A DNA stretch of 64,000 nucleotides from an uncultured Acidobacteriota bacterium (lineage in GTDB: Bacteria > Acidobacteriota > Terriglobia > Acidiferrales > UBA7541): positions 35,661-99,660 of the forward strand of contig CAWCZV010000015.1 in NCBI GenBank assembly GCA_963800095.1, written 5' to 3'. The position numbers were made by a program, and so were the translations under genes. Of this stretch, positions 1 to 8,208 are shown one piece after another. The notes under the pieces were generated by a model. The model worked only from the letters and a program-made list of their open reading frames with translations. It was not told the origin of the DNA and ran no database searches. Positions within the stretch are counted from its first letter, which is position 1, and every line of letters starts with the position of its first letter.

Positions 1-78
1 GTGATCCGTGACCCGTGGAACCCAACTCTTGCAGCAAATGGCTTGCACGGGTCACGGGCCACGACAGAAAGGCGTTCC

Positions 79-687
79 ATGAATCGCAGATTCGTCTCGA
101 TCGCGGCGCTGGCAGCCGGGCTTCTCACCGGCTGCGGAGCGGCTCGGCCGAGCAAGTATTATCAGCTCACTGTGCCCGGCGATGCGGCGCCTGCGGCGGA
201 ACGCAGTCCTTATCCCGTGACGTTGCTGCTCGGGCCTCTGCGGGCATCGCACTTGTACAGGGAAGACCACATCGTGTATAGCTCAAGTGGCGAGAATATG
301 GGCACGTACGAGTATCAGCAGTGGGCTGAACCTCCGACCGAAATGCTCGTGGATGTTTTATTGCGCGAGCTGCGTGCCTCCGGAAGATACCGGGCGGTGG
401 ATATCCTGCGCAGCAATTCTCATGGCGACTACATTCTCTACGGCCGCTTGTACGACTTTAAGGAAATTTCCGCCTCGCCGCTGATGGCTCGCCTTACGAT
501 TGATTTGGAATTGCGCGAAACAAAGTCAGGTTCGACGGTCTGGACCCACTACTACTCGCATGACGAGCCCGTGAGCGGGAAGGACATTTCCGCTGTGGTT
601 GCCGCGCTGGACCGTAATGCCCAGCGCGGCATGGGTGAGGTAAAATCAAGCCTGGATCAATATTTTTCGACTCGTTCCTTGAATTAG
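79..687 (+). CDS. PqiC/YmbA-like ABC-transport auxiliary lipoprotein (DUF330 type)
   Basis: In-frame ATG at 79 within ORF 1..687 gives a signal peptide with lipobox LLTG|C followed by KYYQL. I associate this N-terminal signature with YmbA/PqiC lipoproteins. The ~200-aa length fits. Confidence 0.6.
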   Translation: MNRRFVSIAALAAGLLTGCGAARPSKYYQLTVPGDAAPAAERSPYPVTLLLGPLRASHLYREDHIVYSSSGENMGTYEYQQWAEPPTEMLVDVLLRELRASGRYRAVDILRSNSHGDYILYGRLYDFKEISASPLMARLTIDLELRETKSGSTVWTHYYSHDEPVSGKDISAVVAALDRNAQRGMGEVKSSLDQYFSTRSLN

Positions 688-697
688 GATTTGAACT

Positions 698-1702
698 ATG
701 ACGATGCCCAACAACGAACCGGTCGCAAACAACAAGCCGGCGCAACAAATGAGTTGCATGGAAGTGTGGGGCGGAAGCCAGCTCACCACGCGCCGCGTGG
801 AAATGGGTGGGCTGGACGCCTGGGTGTACAGCAAACCTTTTGGCGAGGCGCAGCGCGGCGGGGATGTGTATTACGCATCGAGCTGCGCCACCGGCCGAAT
901 CACCCGCTTGCTGCTGGCCGATGTGGCGGGACACGGAAACTCGGTGGCCTCCACGGCCGCAAATCTCCGCACGCTCATGCGGCGATTTGTCAACCGTCTG
1001 GACCAGACGGAATTTGTGCGGCTGCTCAATCAGCAGTTCACCGCGCTTTCCGAGGTGGGTACTTTCGCAACGGCAGTCGTGGCCACATTTTTTGCTCCCA
1101 CGCAGCGTTTGATTGTCTGCAACGCGGGCCATCCGCGGCCTCTTCTGTACCAGGCGGCGAAGAAGCAGTGGACATTTCTAGGAGCCGAACCAACGGAAGA
1201 AGAGGAATCGCCTCACAACATGCCGCTCGGAATCATCGACGTGACCGAGTACGAGCAGTTTGACGTGGAATTGATATCTGGTGACTGCGTGCTCACTTAC
1301 ACCGACGCGCTGATCGAGTCTCGCGATGCGGATGGAGAGATGCTTGGCGAGGCTGGACTCTTGCGGATCCTGCGACTGCTTGGGGATGTGGAGCCGCAAC
1401 TATTGACCAAGACGCTGCTGCGTGAGATTAAGGATCGTTTCCCGGACAATCTGACCGAAGACGACGGGACTGTGCTTCTGGTCCGAGCCAATGGGCATAA
1501 GCCGCGTCATTCTTTCCGAGACATTCTCTGGGCGAATATCCGATTTGCGGGCTCGCTGATTCGTGCGATCAATCCCTGGGCCGAACGCCCGCCCCTGCCG
1601 GACTTGAACGTGGCCAATATTGGCGGCGCGATTATTCCCGCCCTCGAACAGCGCTGGCGCGCTACCGGTTCGGTGCACCGCCCACCCGTACAGCATGAAT
1701 GA
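698..1702 (+). CDS. PP2C-type (SpoIIE/RsbU-like) serine phosphatase
   Basis: 334-aa ORF. The blocks GGDVYY, LADVAGHG and YTDALIESRD match the metal-binding blocks of SpoIIE-domain phosphatases. Confidence 0.7.
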   Translation: MTMPNNEPVANNKPAQQMSCMEVWGGSQLTTRRVEMGGLDAWVYSKPFGEAQRGGDVYYASSCATGRITRLLLADVAGHGNSVASTAANLRTLMRRFVNRLDQTEFVRLLNQQFTALSEVGTFATAVVATFFAPTQRLIVCNAGHPRPLLYQAAKKQWTFLGAEPTEEEESPHNMPLGIIDVTEYEQFDVELISGDCVLTYTDALIESRDADGEMLGEAGLLRILRLLGDVEPQLLTKTLLREIKDRFPDNLTEDDGTVLLVRANGHKPRHSFRDILWANIRFAGSLIRAINPWAERPPLPDLNVANIGGAIIPALEQRWRATGSVHRPPVQHE

Positions 1703-1905
1703 GGTCTTCCTTTCTCTTAAGCAAAGTCTCGCGATGAATCACCTCGCGATGTTCCCTGGGAACGCCATTCTCCTGAATGGCGTTCTGAAAAACGCCAATC
1801 GGGAGATTGGCGTTCCCAGGTGTCAACCGAAACGGTTCGCGCCCACTAAGTATTGACTAACGTTGGGACGCAACTGGTATGATTCTGCAAATTGAGAGGA
1901 GCTTG

Positions 1906-2380
1906 ATGAAGCAACAATTTTTTCTTGTACTTGCTCTGTTCACGATTCTCGGATTCGCGTTGGGGTGCGGCAGCTCTGACAAACCAACCACATCCAGCAC
2001 CACGAGCACATCCAGCCCCATGAAAGTGACCGGCCAGCCGACGACAACTCCCTCCGGTCTTCAATACTGGGACATTGTAGTAGGCACCGGCGCAACCGCG
2101 ACGTTCTGGAAGCACGGTCAAGGTTCACTATTCCGGCTTTCTCACATCAGGCCAGAAATTTGACAGTTCTCGCGACCGCGGCGAGCCGTTTTCATTTCCA
2201 TTGGGGCAGGGGCAAGTCATAAAAGGTTGGGACGAAGGAGTGGCGGGAATGAAGGTCGGAGGCCAAAGGCAATTGCGAATTCCCCCACAGTTGGGTTATG
2301 GAGCCGAGGGTGCGGGCGCGGCAATTCCGCCTAACGCGACGCTAATTTTTGATGTGGAACTCCTCGGGGTCGGCAAATAA
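1906..2380 (+). pseudogene. FKBP-type peptidyl-prolyl isomerase lipoprotein, interrupted by a 1-nt frameshift near 2104-2105
   Basis: SD GAGAGGAG precedes ATG 1906 and the product has lipobox ALG|C. Frame 1 reads ...GLQYWDIVVGTGATATFWKHGQG and then degenerates. Frame 2 from ~2117 reads VKVHYSGFLTSGQKFDSSRDRGEPFSFPLGQGQVIKGWDEGVAGMKVGGQRQLRIPPQLGYGAEGAGAAIPPNATLIFDVELLGVGK* (stop 2378-2380), a textbook FKBP core. Removing one T of the TT at 2104-2105 restores ...ATSGSTVKVHYSG. Confidence 0.7.
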
Positions 2381-2420
2381 CTTGGAAGATTTTTTCCAAG
2401 GCTCAGGCTCCATTCAGATT

Positions 2421-3101
2421 TTGGCCTCCTTACGTACTCGCGTGACCAAGCACTCTTTCAGAATTGCCACAGCCACCGCAATCATCGGCTTCTCCATCCT
2501 TTTGTTTGGCGGGCTTCGAGCGGGCACGTCGCGGCCCGCGATGCCACAGGCTCTGGATAAAAAGAGCCCCATTACCTACTTCATTGCGGACGGTAGCGGC
2601 AAGCCCGGCTATCACTCCTCGGATCCAGAGCTTGCATTGTGGGCGTTGCAGGCGTGGCAGCGAAGCGCCGCGAATGGTTTCCGATTCGCGCGGGCGACGG
2701 AATCGAGTGCACTGATTCGCCTTTATTGGGCCGGGCCGGAAAGCGGTGAGTACGGGGAAACGCGGCCAATCGTTGTCGGGGGCCAGCAGGGAGCGGCCGT
2801 CTTCATACGGCCTGACATAGATTCGCTCGGCGAGGACATTGCGCGCCGCGCCAGAGCCGACGCGCTCCTGCGCGACAGCATCGTCTACTTAACGTGTGTG
2901 CACGAACTCGGCCACGCGCTGGGGCTTTCGCACACTCGGGATTTCCGTGACATCATGTATTACTTCGGTTTCGGAGGAGATATTGTCGAGTACTTCGGCC
3001 GGTATCGCGCACAGATTCGCACAAGGAGTGATATCGCGGGAGTCTCTGGACTTTCCGAGGGCGACGTAAATCGCATTCGCGCGATTTATGGCCGGGAATA
3101 A
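2421..3101 (+). CDS. Matrixin-like metzincin zinc metalloprotease, membrane-anchored or secreted
   Basis: HELGHALGLSH matches the HExxHxxGxxH zinc site. There is an N-terminal hydrophobic segment IATATAIIGFSILLFGG. The start is uncertain: TTG 2421 or GTG 2442. The track start at 2349 overlaps the FKBP 3' end. Confidence 0.6.
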   Translation: MASLRTRVTKHSFRIATATAIIGFSILLFGGLRAGTSRPAMPQALDKKSPITYFIADGSGKPGYHSSDPELALWALQAWQRSAANGFRFARATESSALIRLYWAGPESGEYGETRPIVVGGQQGAAVFIRPDIDSLGEDIARRARADALLRDSIVYLTCVHELGHALGLSHTRDFRDIMYYFGFGGDIVEYFGRYRAQIRTRSDIAGVSGLSEGDVNRIRAIYGRE

Positions 3102-3120
3102 ATTGCAGTGGCGAGATCGC

Positions 3121-3531
3121 CTACGGTTTCGTGTCTCCCGGACCGCCATCCCCAGCCGTTCCGCCGAAAATTCTGCGGCCATCGGGCAGGGTCACTCTGC
3201 GCGCGTCGGCGAGTTTAGAACCGTCTCTCGCCGGGTAACCGCCGACGATGACCTGATCTCCCACTTTTAAGGAATCCCGGCTCCAGCCTTGCCGGTGCAG
3301 CGAGCCCGGGCTCGCTGCCTCGCAGCCCCAGTTCGTCGTATTGCCCTTGTCGTCCTTCACATCGACGTAGAAATAGACGTGAGGATTCGTCCATTCAATT
3401 CTCGTGACGACGCCCTTCAGTTCGATCAGCTTGCTTCCGTCAAACTCCGCCGAAAAAGAATGGTGGGCAAGCGCGGGGATCGCCAGCGCCATGACGACGA
3501 TCGCGGCCAAAACAGCAAATAGTTTTCTCAC
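3121..3531 (-). CDS. Small secreted DUF6152-like protein, module copy 1
   Basis: GTG at 3531 gives MRKLFAVLAAIVVMALAIPALA|HHSFSAEFD...IEWTNPHVYFYVDV. It is paralogous to 10809..11207 and 58638..59048. The family name is from memory of the AHHSF...W.NPH signature. Confidence 0.65.
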   Translation of the reverse strand: MRKLFAVLAAIVVMALAIPALAHHSFSAEFDGSKLIELKGVVTRIEWTNPHVYFYVDVKDDKGNTTNWGCEAASPGSLHRQGWSRDSLKVGDQVIVGGYPARDGSKLADARRVTLPDGRRIFGGTAGDGGPGDTKP

Positions 3532-3620
3532 GAAACGCAATCTATAACAGCGGAAGAGAGCGGTCAAGCTGCGGGGGTGCGTTCCTTGACACCGAAGTAG
3601 CAGTCCGCTAGTTTACGCAC

Positions 3621-4454
3621 ATGCGACTTCTTATGGCGTGCAGCGTTATCGCTGCATCTCTCTGGGTGCACCCATCCGTCTCTGCACAAGCGACACCTCC
3701 CTCTGAAAACCCCTACAAGGAGTTGGGCAGCGAATCCGCGGGAATCAAATCGCCCGCGGGACCCCTAAAACCCACTCCGCGCACCGCGGATGGAAAGCCG
3801 GACCTTTCGGGATTTTGGAAAGGGCCGTTGATCTTCGGCGGCATGTTCAAGAGTGTAGGCGGACCGCCATTCACTCCGGCCGGAGATGAGGCGTACAAAA
3901 ACAACCTGGCGAAATCGATAAACCCGGAAGCCCTGTGCCTCTTTGCCGGGATACCGCGAGCCAGCATCAGCGGTGTACCTTTTGAAATTGTTCAGAACTC
4001 AAATCGCATCGCGTTCCTGTACGAACTGATGTGGACGTTTCGGACGGTCCCTATCGACGGCCGCGGACACCTGAAGGATTTTGAGCCCTCCTTTTTCGGA
4101 GACGGGGTTGGCAAGTGGGACGGCGACACGCTGGTCATCGACTCGATCGGATTCAAGGATAAGCTGAGCTGGATTGACGACGACGCGCATCCGCACAGCG
4201 ATGCCATGCACGTTGTCGAACGGTGGTCGCGGCCGGACGCGGATCATTTGGCGCACGAGGTGACGGTGGAAGATCCCAAGTTCTACACAAAGCCGTGGAC
4301 GTTTTCCAGGGTGTTCACGGCCATGCCTCCCGGCGATGAACTTTACGAATTCGCGTGCGACGAGAACAACGTAGACCGGGATGGCGGCCATTTGGGGTAC
4401 GGCCCGCTAAATCTTAAAACGTACCCGCTGAATCCACCCGCACCGAAAAAATAG
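3621..4454 (+). CDS. Secreted ~280-aa uncharacterised protein, partner of the DUF6152-like gene, module copy 1
   Basis: Has a signal peptide. Shares blocks with 11232..12050 and 57478..58380: DGKPDLSGFW, FLYE...RTVPIDGR, GDGVGKWDGDTLVIDS, HSDAMHVVERW, EDPKFYTKPWT. Confidence 0.65.
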   Translation: MRLLMACSVIAASLWVHPSVSAQATPPSENPYKELGSESAGIKSPAGPLKPTPRTADGKPDLSGFWKGPLIFGGMFKSVGGPPFTPAGDEAYKNNLAKSINPEALCLFAGIPRASISGVPFEIVQNSNRIAFLYELMWTFRTVPIDGRGHLKDFEPSFFGDGVGKWDGDTLVIDSIGFKDKLSWIDDDAHPHSDAMHVVERWSRPDADHLAHEVTVEDPKFYTKPWTFSRVFTAMPPGDELYEFACDENNVDRDGGHLGYGPLNLKTYPLNPPAPKK

Positions 4455-4518
4455 GGCTGTTGCACAACGCGGGGCATCAGGGATCTACAGCGGTCAGGCG
4501 CTCATGGAGGAATTGAAC

Positions 4519-5010
4519 ATGAACTCTCGAATGGGTCCACGTTCTCAATCGCTACTATTTGCAGCAATGGCAGCGGTGATCGTGCTTTCGGGCGCTCCGC
4601 GGGCGCGCGCCAAACAAGGGGGTGCCAGTCCTGCCGTTTCCGCGACGGAAAAACCTTACCTTGTCGAATGGGTTTACAAAGTGAAGTGGGGTTACGCGGA
4701 CGAATTCTGGCAGCTCTTTAAGAAATATCAAATCGCAACGCTAAACCGCGAGAAGGAACTCGGCTACGTCACATCCTATTCCGTCTACCGGCCGGGCTAT
4801 CACACGGGAGAAGACTCGCGATGGGAATTTCGCATCGTTATAGCCTACAAGAACATCTCTTCGTCCGGACACGGCAGTGAAGTGGAAAAGCAACTTTTCC
4901 CGGACCAGGCCACGATGAAACGCGAAGAAAATCGCCGCTGGGAACTCACGGAAGCGCACTACGATCTGCCGATTCACACCATCGATCCGAATGGAGACGG
5001 TACGGAGTAG
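4519..5010 (+). CDS. Small secreted hypothetical protein
   Basis: SD GGAGGA lies 8 nt before ATG 4519. The product has a signal peptide ending ARA. I recognise no motif. Confidence 0.5.
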   Translation: MNSRMGPRSQSLLFAAMAAVIVLSGAPRARAKQGGASPAVSATEKPYLVEWVYKVKWGYADEFWQLFKKYQIATLNREKELGYVTSYSVYRPGYHTGEDSRWEFRIVIAYKNISSSGHGSEVEKQLFPDQATMKREENRRWELTEAHYDLPIHTIDPNGDGTE

Positions 5011-5064
5011 GGCGTCGTCGTTCCATCGGCGAAGCGAAATAAACGGGGGGAGGCCAGATTTTCC

Positions 5065-5952
5065 ATGGGGAGTGAATCATCAAGAACAGGCAGAAAGTCG
5101 CGCGTCACCGTCATTCCAACAGGAAAAGCGCTCGGAGCGGAAATTCAGGGAGTAGATCTGCGAACGGTCGACTCGAATGATTTTGCGAGCATCTATCGTG
5201 CTTGGCTGGACCACTCGGTTCTTCTATTTCGCGGACAGAATTTGACCGATGACGATCTGATCGCATTCAGCGAGAAGTTCGGAGATCTGGATTGGGCTCC
5301 GGTTCAAGAATCCGGGCGCCGCTTCGTGGAAGGGCATCCCGAAATTTATGTCGTGTCCAATGTGATGCAAAACGGCGCGCCCATCGGCAGCCTGGGCGCT
5401 GGCGAGGCAACCTGGCATACGGACATGTCGTACCTGGAGGATCCTCCGAAGGCGAGCATTCTTTATGCGTTGGAGGTCCCGCCGTCGGGAGGCAACACGT
5501 ACTTCAACAGCATGTATCGCGCCTACGAATTCCTGCCCGATGCGGTGAAGAAGCGAATCGAAGGCAAAACACTCAAGCATGACGCGACTTACAACAGCGG
5601 CGGCTATGTGCGGCAGGGAACCGCCGCCATCGACGACCCCGTCACATCTCCCGGCACTTATCATCCTCTGGTTTGCACGCATCCCGAAACCAAGCGTCGC
5701 GTCCTGTACCTAGGGCGCCGGCGGAACGCTTACATCGAGGGATTGTCGCTTCAGGAATCCGAATCTTTGCTCGATGAGTTGTGGGTCTACGCGAACCGTG
5801 AAGAGCTCGAATGGCACAACGAATGGCGTGTAGGCGATCTCGTCCTTTGGGACAACCGCTGCACCATGCACCGGCGCGATCCTTTTGACGCAAGCTCGCG
5901 TCGAGTGATGCACCGCACCCAGATCAAGGGCGAAACACGTCCGCGCGCGTGA
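5065..5952 (+). CDS. TauD/TfdA-family Fe(II)/2-oxoglutarate dioxygenase
   Basis: 295-aa ORF. WHTDMSY supplies the HxD iron ligands. NRCTMHRR near the C-terminus is typical of the family. Confidence 0.8.
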   Translation: MGSESSRTGRKSRVTVIPTGKALGAEIQGVDLRTVDSNDFASIYRAWLDHSVLLFRGQNLTDDDLIAFSEKFGDLDWAPVQESGRRFVEGHPEIYVVSNVMQNGAPIGSLGAGEATWHTDMSYLEDPPKASILYALEVPPSGGNTYFNSMYRAYEFLPDAVKKRIEGKTLKHDATYNSGGYVRQGTAAIDDPVTSPGTYHPLVCTHPETKRRVLYLGRRRNAYIEGLSLQESESLLDELWVYANREELEWHNEWRVGDLVLWDNRCTMHRRDPFDASSRRVMHRTQIKGETRPRA

Positions 5953-5976
5953 TCGGAGCGGCTGGAGCACGATGCG

Positions 5977-6056
5977 TTGTGGCGCCGGCGTCTCGCCGGC
6001 GGTTTTTGCAAAGTCTGGAAATCGGGAAAATCGCCGGCGAGACGCCGGCGCCACAA
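5977..6056. repeat. 80-bp GC-rich compound palindrome (GTGGCGCCGGCG family), copy 1
   Basis: TTGTGGCGCCGGCGTCTCGCCGGCGG...spacer...CGCCGGCGAGACGCCGGCGCCACAA. Each arm can also fold on itself. A related copy lies at 13413..13489. Confidence 0.85.
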
Positions 6057-6116
6057 GAGACACCTGCGTTATTGGATGCCTCGTGTGTTGGATTTCAGCG
6101 AGCAGGGTAAATAGTT

Positions 6117-7271
6117 TTGAAAAAACTTTCGATCGCAATCGTTGGAGCCGGAATCGGCGGAATGGCCGCTGCGGCCACGCTGCGCCAAATAGGCATCGAC
6201 GTGCGCGTTTATGAGCAGGCGCCGCGCTTTGCGCGCATCGGCGCGGGCATTCAGATGATGCCAAACTCGATGAAGGTCCTGCGCCGCATCGGCGTGGAGG
6301 AAAAAGTTCGCGCAACTTCCTTCCAGCCCTATTCCCACCTGAACCGGAAATGGGATTCCGGCGAGGTGGTGAGAGAGTTGCCCATGCCGGAGAGCCTTTT
6401 CGGCGCGCCCTATCTGTGCATGCACCGCGCCGATTTGCACAACGCCCTCGCCGCGGTGGTGCCCGAGGAAATCGTTCACCTCGACAAGAAACTGGTGGGG
6501 CTGGAACAACGCGCAGGGCAGGTCACTCTCGTGTTCGCCGACGGATCGCGCGCGCAGGCGGACGCTGTGATCGGCGCAGATGGCGTTCACTCCGTCGTGC
6601 GCGAAATTATCCTTGGTCCGGATCAGCCCATCCACAAAGGACGCATCGCGTACCGCGCCATTTTTCCTTCCGCCTCGCTCAATGGATTTGATATCGGATC
6701 CTCGCGCACCAAATGGTGGGGCCCCGACCGTCACATCGTCATCTACTACACGAACGCCGCTCGCAGTGAACTTTATTTTGTGACTAGCGTGCCCGAACCG
6801 GCGGAGTGGGTCACGCGCGAATCGTGGTCGGCAAAAGGTGATGTAAAAGAACTGCGCAAGGCCTACGAAGGTTTTCACCCCGATGTTCGTGCCGTGCTGG
6901 AAGCCTGCCCGGACTGTCACAAATGGGCCATCCTCGAACGCGAGCCTTTGCCGCGTTGGAGCGAAGGTTGCGTCGTACTGTTGGGCGATGCTTGTCATTC
7001 CATGACGCCCTACATGGCGCAAGGTGGAGCGACCGCGATCGAGGATGCCGCCATCCTGGCACGCTGCCTGGAGGAAGCGGGCGGAGAAGACTTTGCGGGC
7101 GCGTTCCGCCGTTATGAATCTCATCGCAAGCCACGCACTTCGCGCATACAGGCAATCTCCAGCGCGAACACATGGATGAAAGGCGGGGACGAGGACACGA
7201 CCTGGTTGTACGGCTACGATGCATGGAACGTGCCTTTGACTCCCTCGGAACCATACGTCAAGGCACTCTGA
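6117..7271 (+). CDS. FAD-dependent aromatic-ring monooxygenase (salicylate/3-hydroxybenzoate hydroxylase-like)
   Basis: N-terminal IAIVGAGIGGMAAA is a GxGxxG dinucleotide fold. LLGDACHSMTPYMAQGG is the FAD/ribityl motif. 384 aa. Confidence 0.8.
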   Translation: MKKLSIAIVGAGIGGMAAAATLRQIGIDVRVYEQAPRFARIGAGIQMMPNSMKVLRRIGVEEKVRATSFQPYSHLNRKWDSGEVVRELPMPESLFGAPYLCMHRADLHNALAAVVPEEIVHLDKKLVGLEQRAGQVTLVFADGSRAQADAVIGADGVHSVVREIILGPDQPIHKGRIAYRAIFPSASLNGFDIGSSRTKWWGPDRHIVIYYTNAARSELYFVTSVPEPAEWVTRESWSAKGDVKELRKAYEGFHPDVRAVLEACPDCHKWAILEREPLPRWSEGCVVLLGDACHSMTPYMAQGGATAIEDAAILARCLEEAGGEDFAGAFRRYESHRKPRTSRIQAISSANTWMKGGDEDTTWLYGYDAWNVPLTPSEPYVKAL

Positions 7272-7282
7272 GAAAAACATCG

Positions 7283-8128
7283 ATGCAAAAAGACGTCCAA
7301 AAGAAAACCTTCACAACTTCCGATAACTGCGCCATCGCGTATACGCTGCGGCCCGCGGAAAAGCCCGGCGCACAGCGATTGGTGCTTATCCATTCCTTGG
7401 CGCTGGATGGCAGCATCTGGAACGGCGTCGCGGCGAGATTGGCGGGCCAGGCCGAGATTCTTACCTACGACTGCCGGGGACACGGGCAATCGGACCGGAA
7501 TTCCGAGTCCTTTACCACGGAACTTTTCGCCAGCGACCTGGCGGAATTGCTTGATCATTTGGGCTGGCCGATCGCCGCTGTCGCGGGATGCTCGATGGGA
7601 GGGTGCGTCGCGCAGGCGTTTGCCGGCATGAACCTCTCCCGCGTGAGCGCGCTTGGCCTGATCGACACGACGGCGTGGTACGGTCAGGAAGCACCCAAGA
7701 ATTGGAGTGAACGCGCCGCGACGGCACGTTCGAAAGGTCTCGCGGGCTTGGTCGAGTTTCAGGTCACGCGATGGTTCAGCGACCGATTTCGAGCCGCGCA
7801 TCCCGAGCTTGTCAGGGAACTGACCGAAGTTTTTCTGGCCAACGATGTGGAGTGTTACGCCGCCGCTTGCGTGATGCTCGGCGCCGCCGATTTGCGGCCT
7901 GTTTTGCCGTCGCTTCGCATGCCGGTCGCGGTCATAGTGGGTGAAGAGGACCATGCGACTCCTATTGCTATGGCGCGGCAATTGCACGAAGCGATTTCCG
8001 GTTCCACACTCACCATACTACCCGGTGGCCGCCATCTGACTCCTGTCGAGTGCCCGGACCAAATCGCCGCGCAGCTATTGGCGCTGTTGGGGCGGGTAAA
8101 TTCTCAACAGGCTGCGGTCAAGGCATAG
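7283..8128 (+). CDS. Alpha/beta hydrolase (3-oxoadipate enol-lactonase-like)
   Basis: GCSMGG is a GxSxG nucleophile elbow, and LVLIHSLALD is an oxyanion block. I prefer ATG 7283 over the track start at 7172, which overlaps the upstream gene. Confidence 0.75.
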   Translation: MQKDVQKKTFTTSDNCAIAYTLRPAEKPGAQRLVLIHSLALDGSIWNGVAARLAGQAEILTYDCRGHGQSDRNSESFTTELFASDLAELLDHLGWPIAAVAGCSMGGCVAQAFAGMNLSRVSALGLIDTTAWYGQEAPKNWSERAATARSKGLAGLVEFQVTRWFSDRFRAAHPELVRELTEVFLANDVECYAAACVMLGAADLRPVLPSLRMPVAVIVGEEDHATPIAMARQLHEAISGSTLTILPGGRHLTPVECPDQIAAQLLALLGRVNSQQAAVKA

Positions 8129-8208
8129 CCACTGTTGCGGCAATGCAACGCACATCCGTCTGGTGCCCGACCATTCGAACCTCATCTTCGTTTTGACTGC
8201 GAGATTCA

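Noticed and set aside
2349-2420. Track start codons that extend genes into their upstream neighbours (2349, 7172, 18386, 21091, 26484, 31244, 38991, 54193, 55724).
   Set aside because: In each case an internal start with a Shine-Dalgarno and/or a proper signal peptide or family N-terminus lies downstream. The extensions overlap neighbouring genes or encode low-complexity sequence.
6069-7280. Long ORFs on the opposite strand of, or out of frame with, confidently assigned genes. Examples: 494..1132(-), 6069..7280(-), 9781..10647(+), 16425..17573(+), 21298..21981(-), 23489..24385(+), 23547..24572(-), 45139..45747(-), 62853..63956(+).
   Set aside because: These are typical high-GC shadow ORFs. 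Their products are Arg/Gly/Pro/Ala-rich with no motifs, and each overlaps a gene with clear family signatures.
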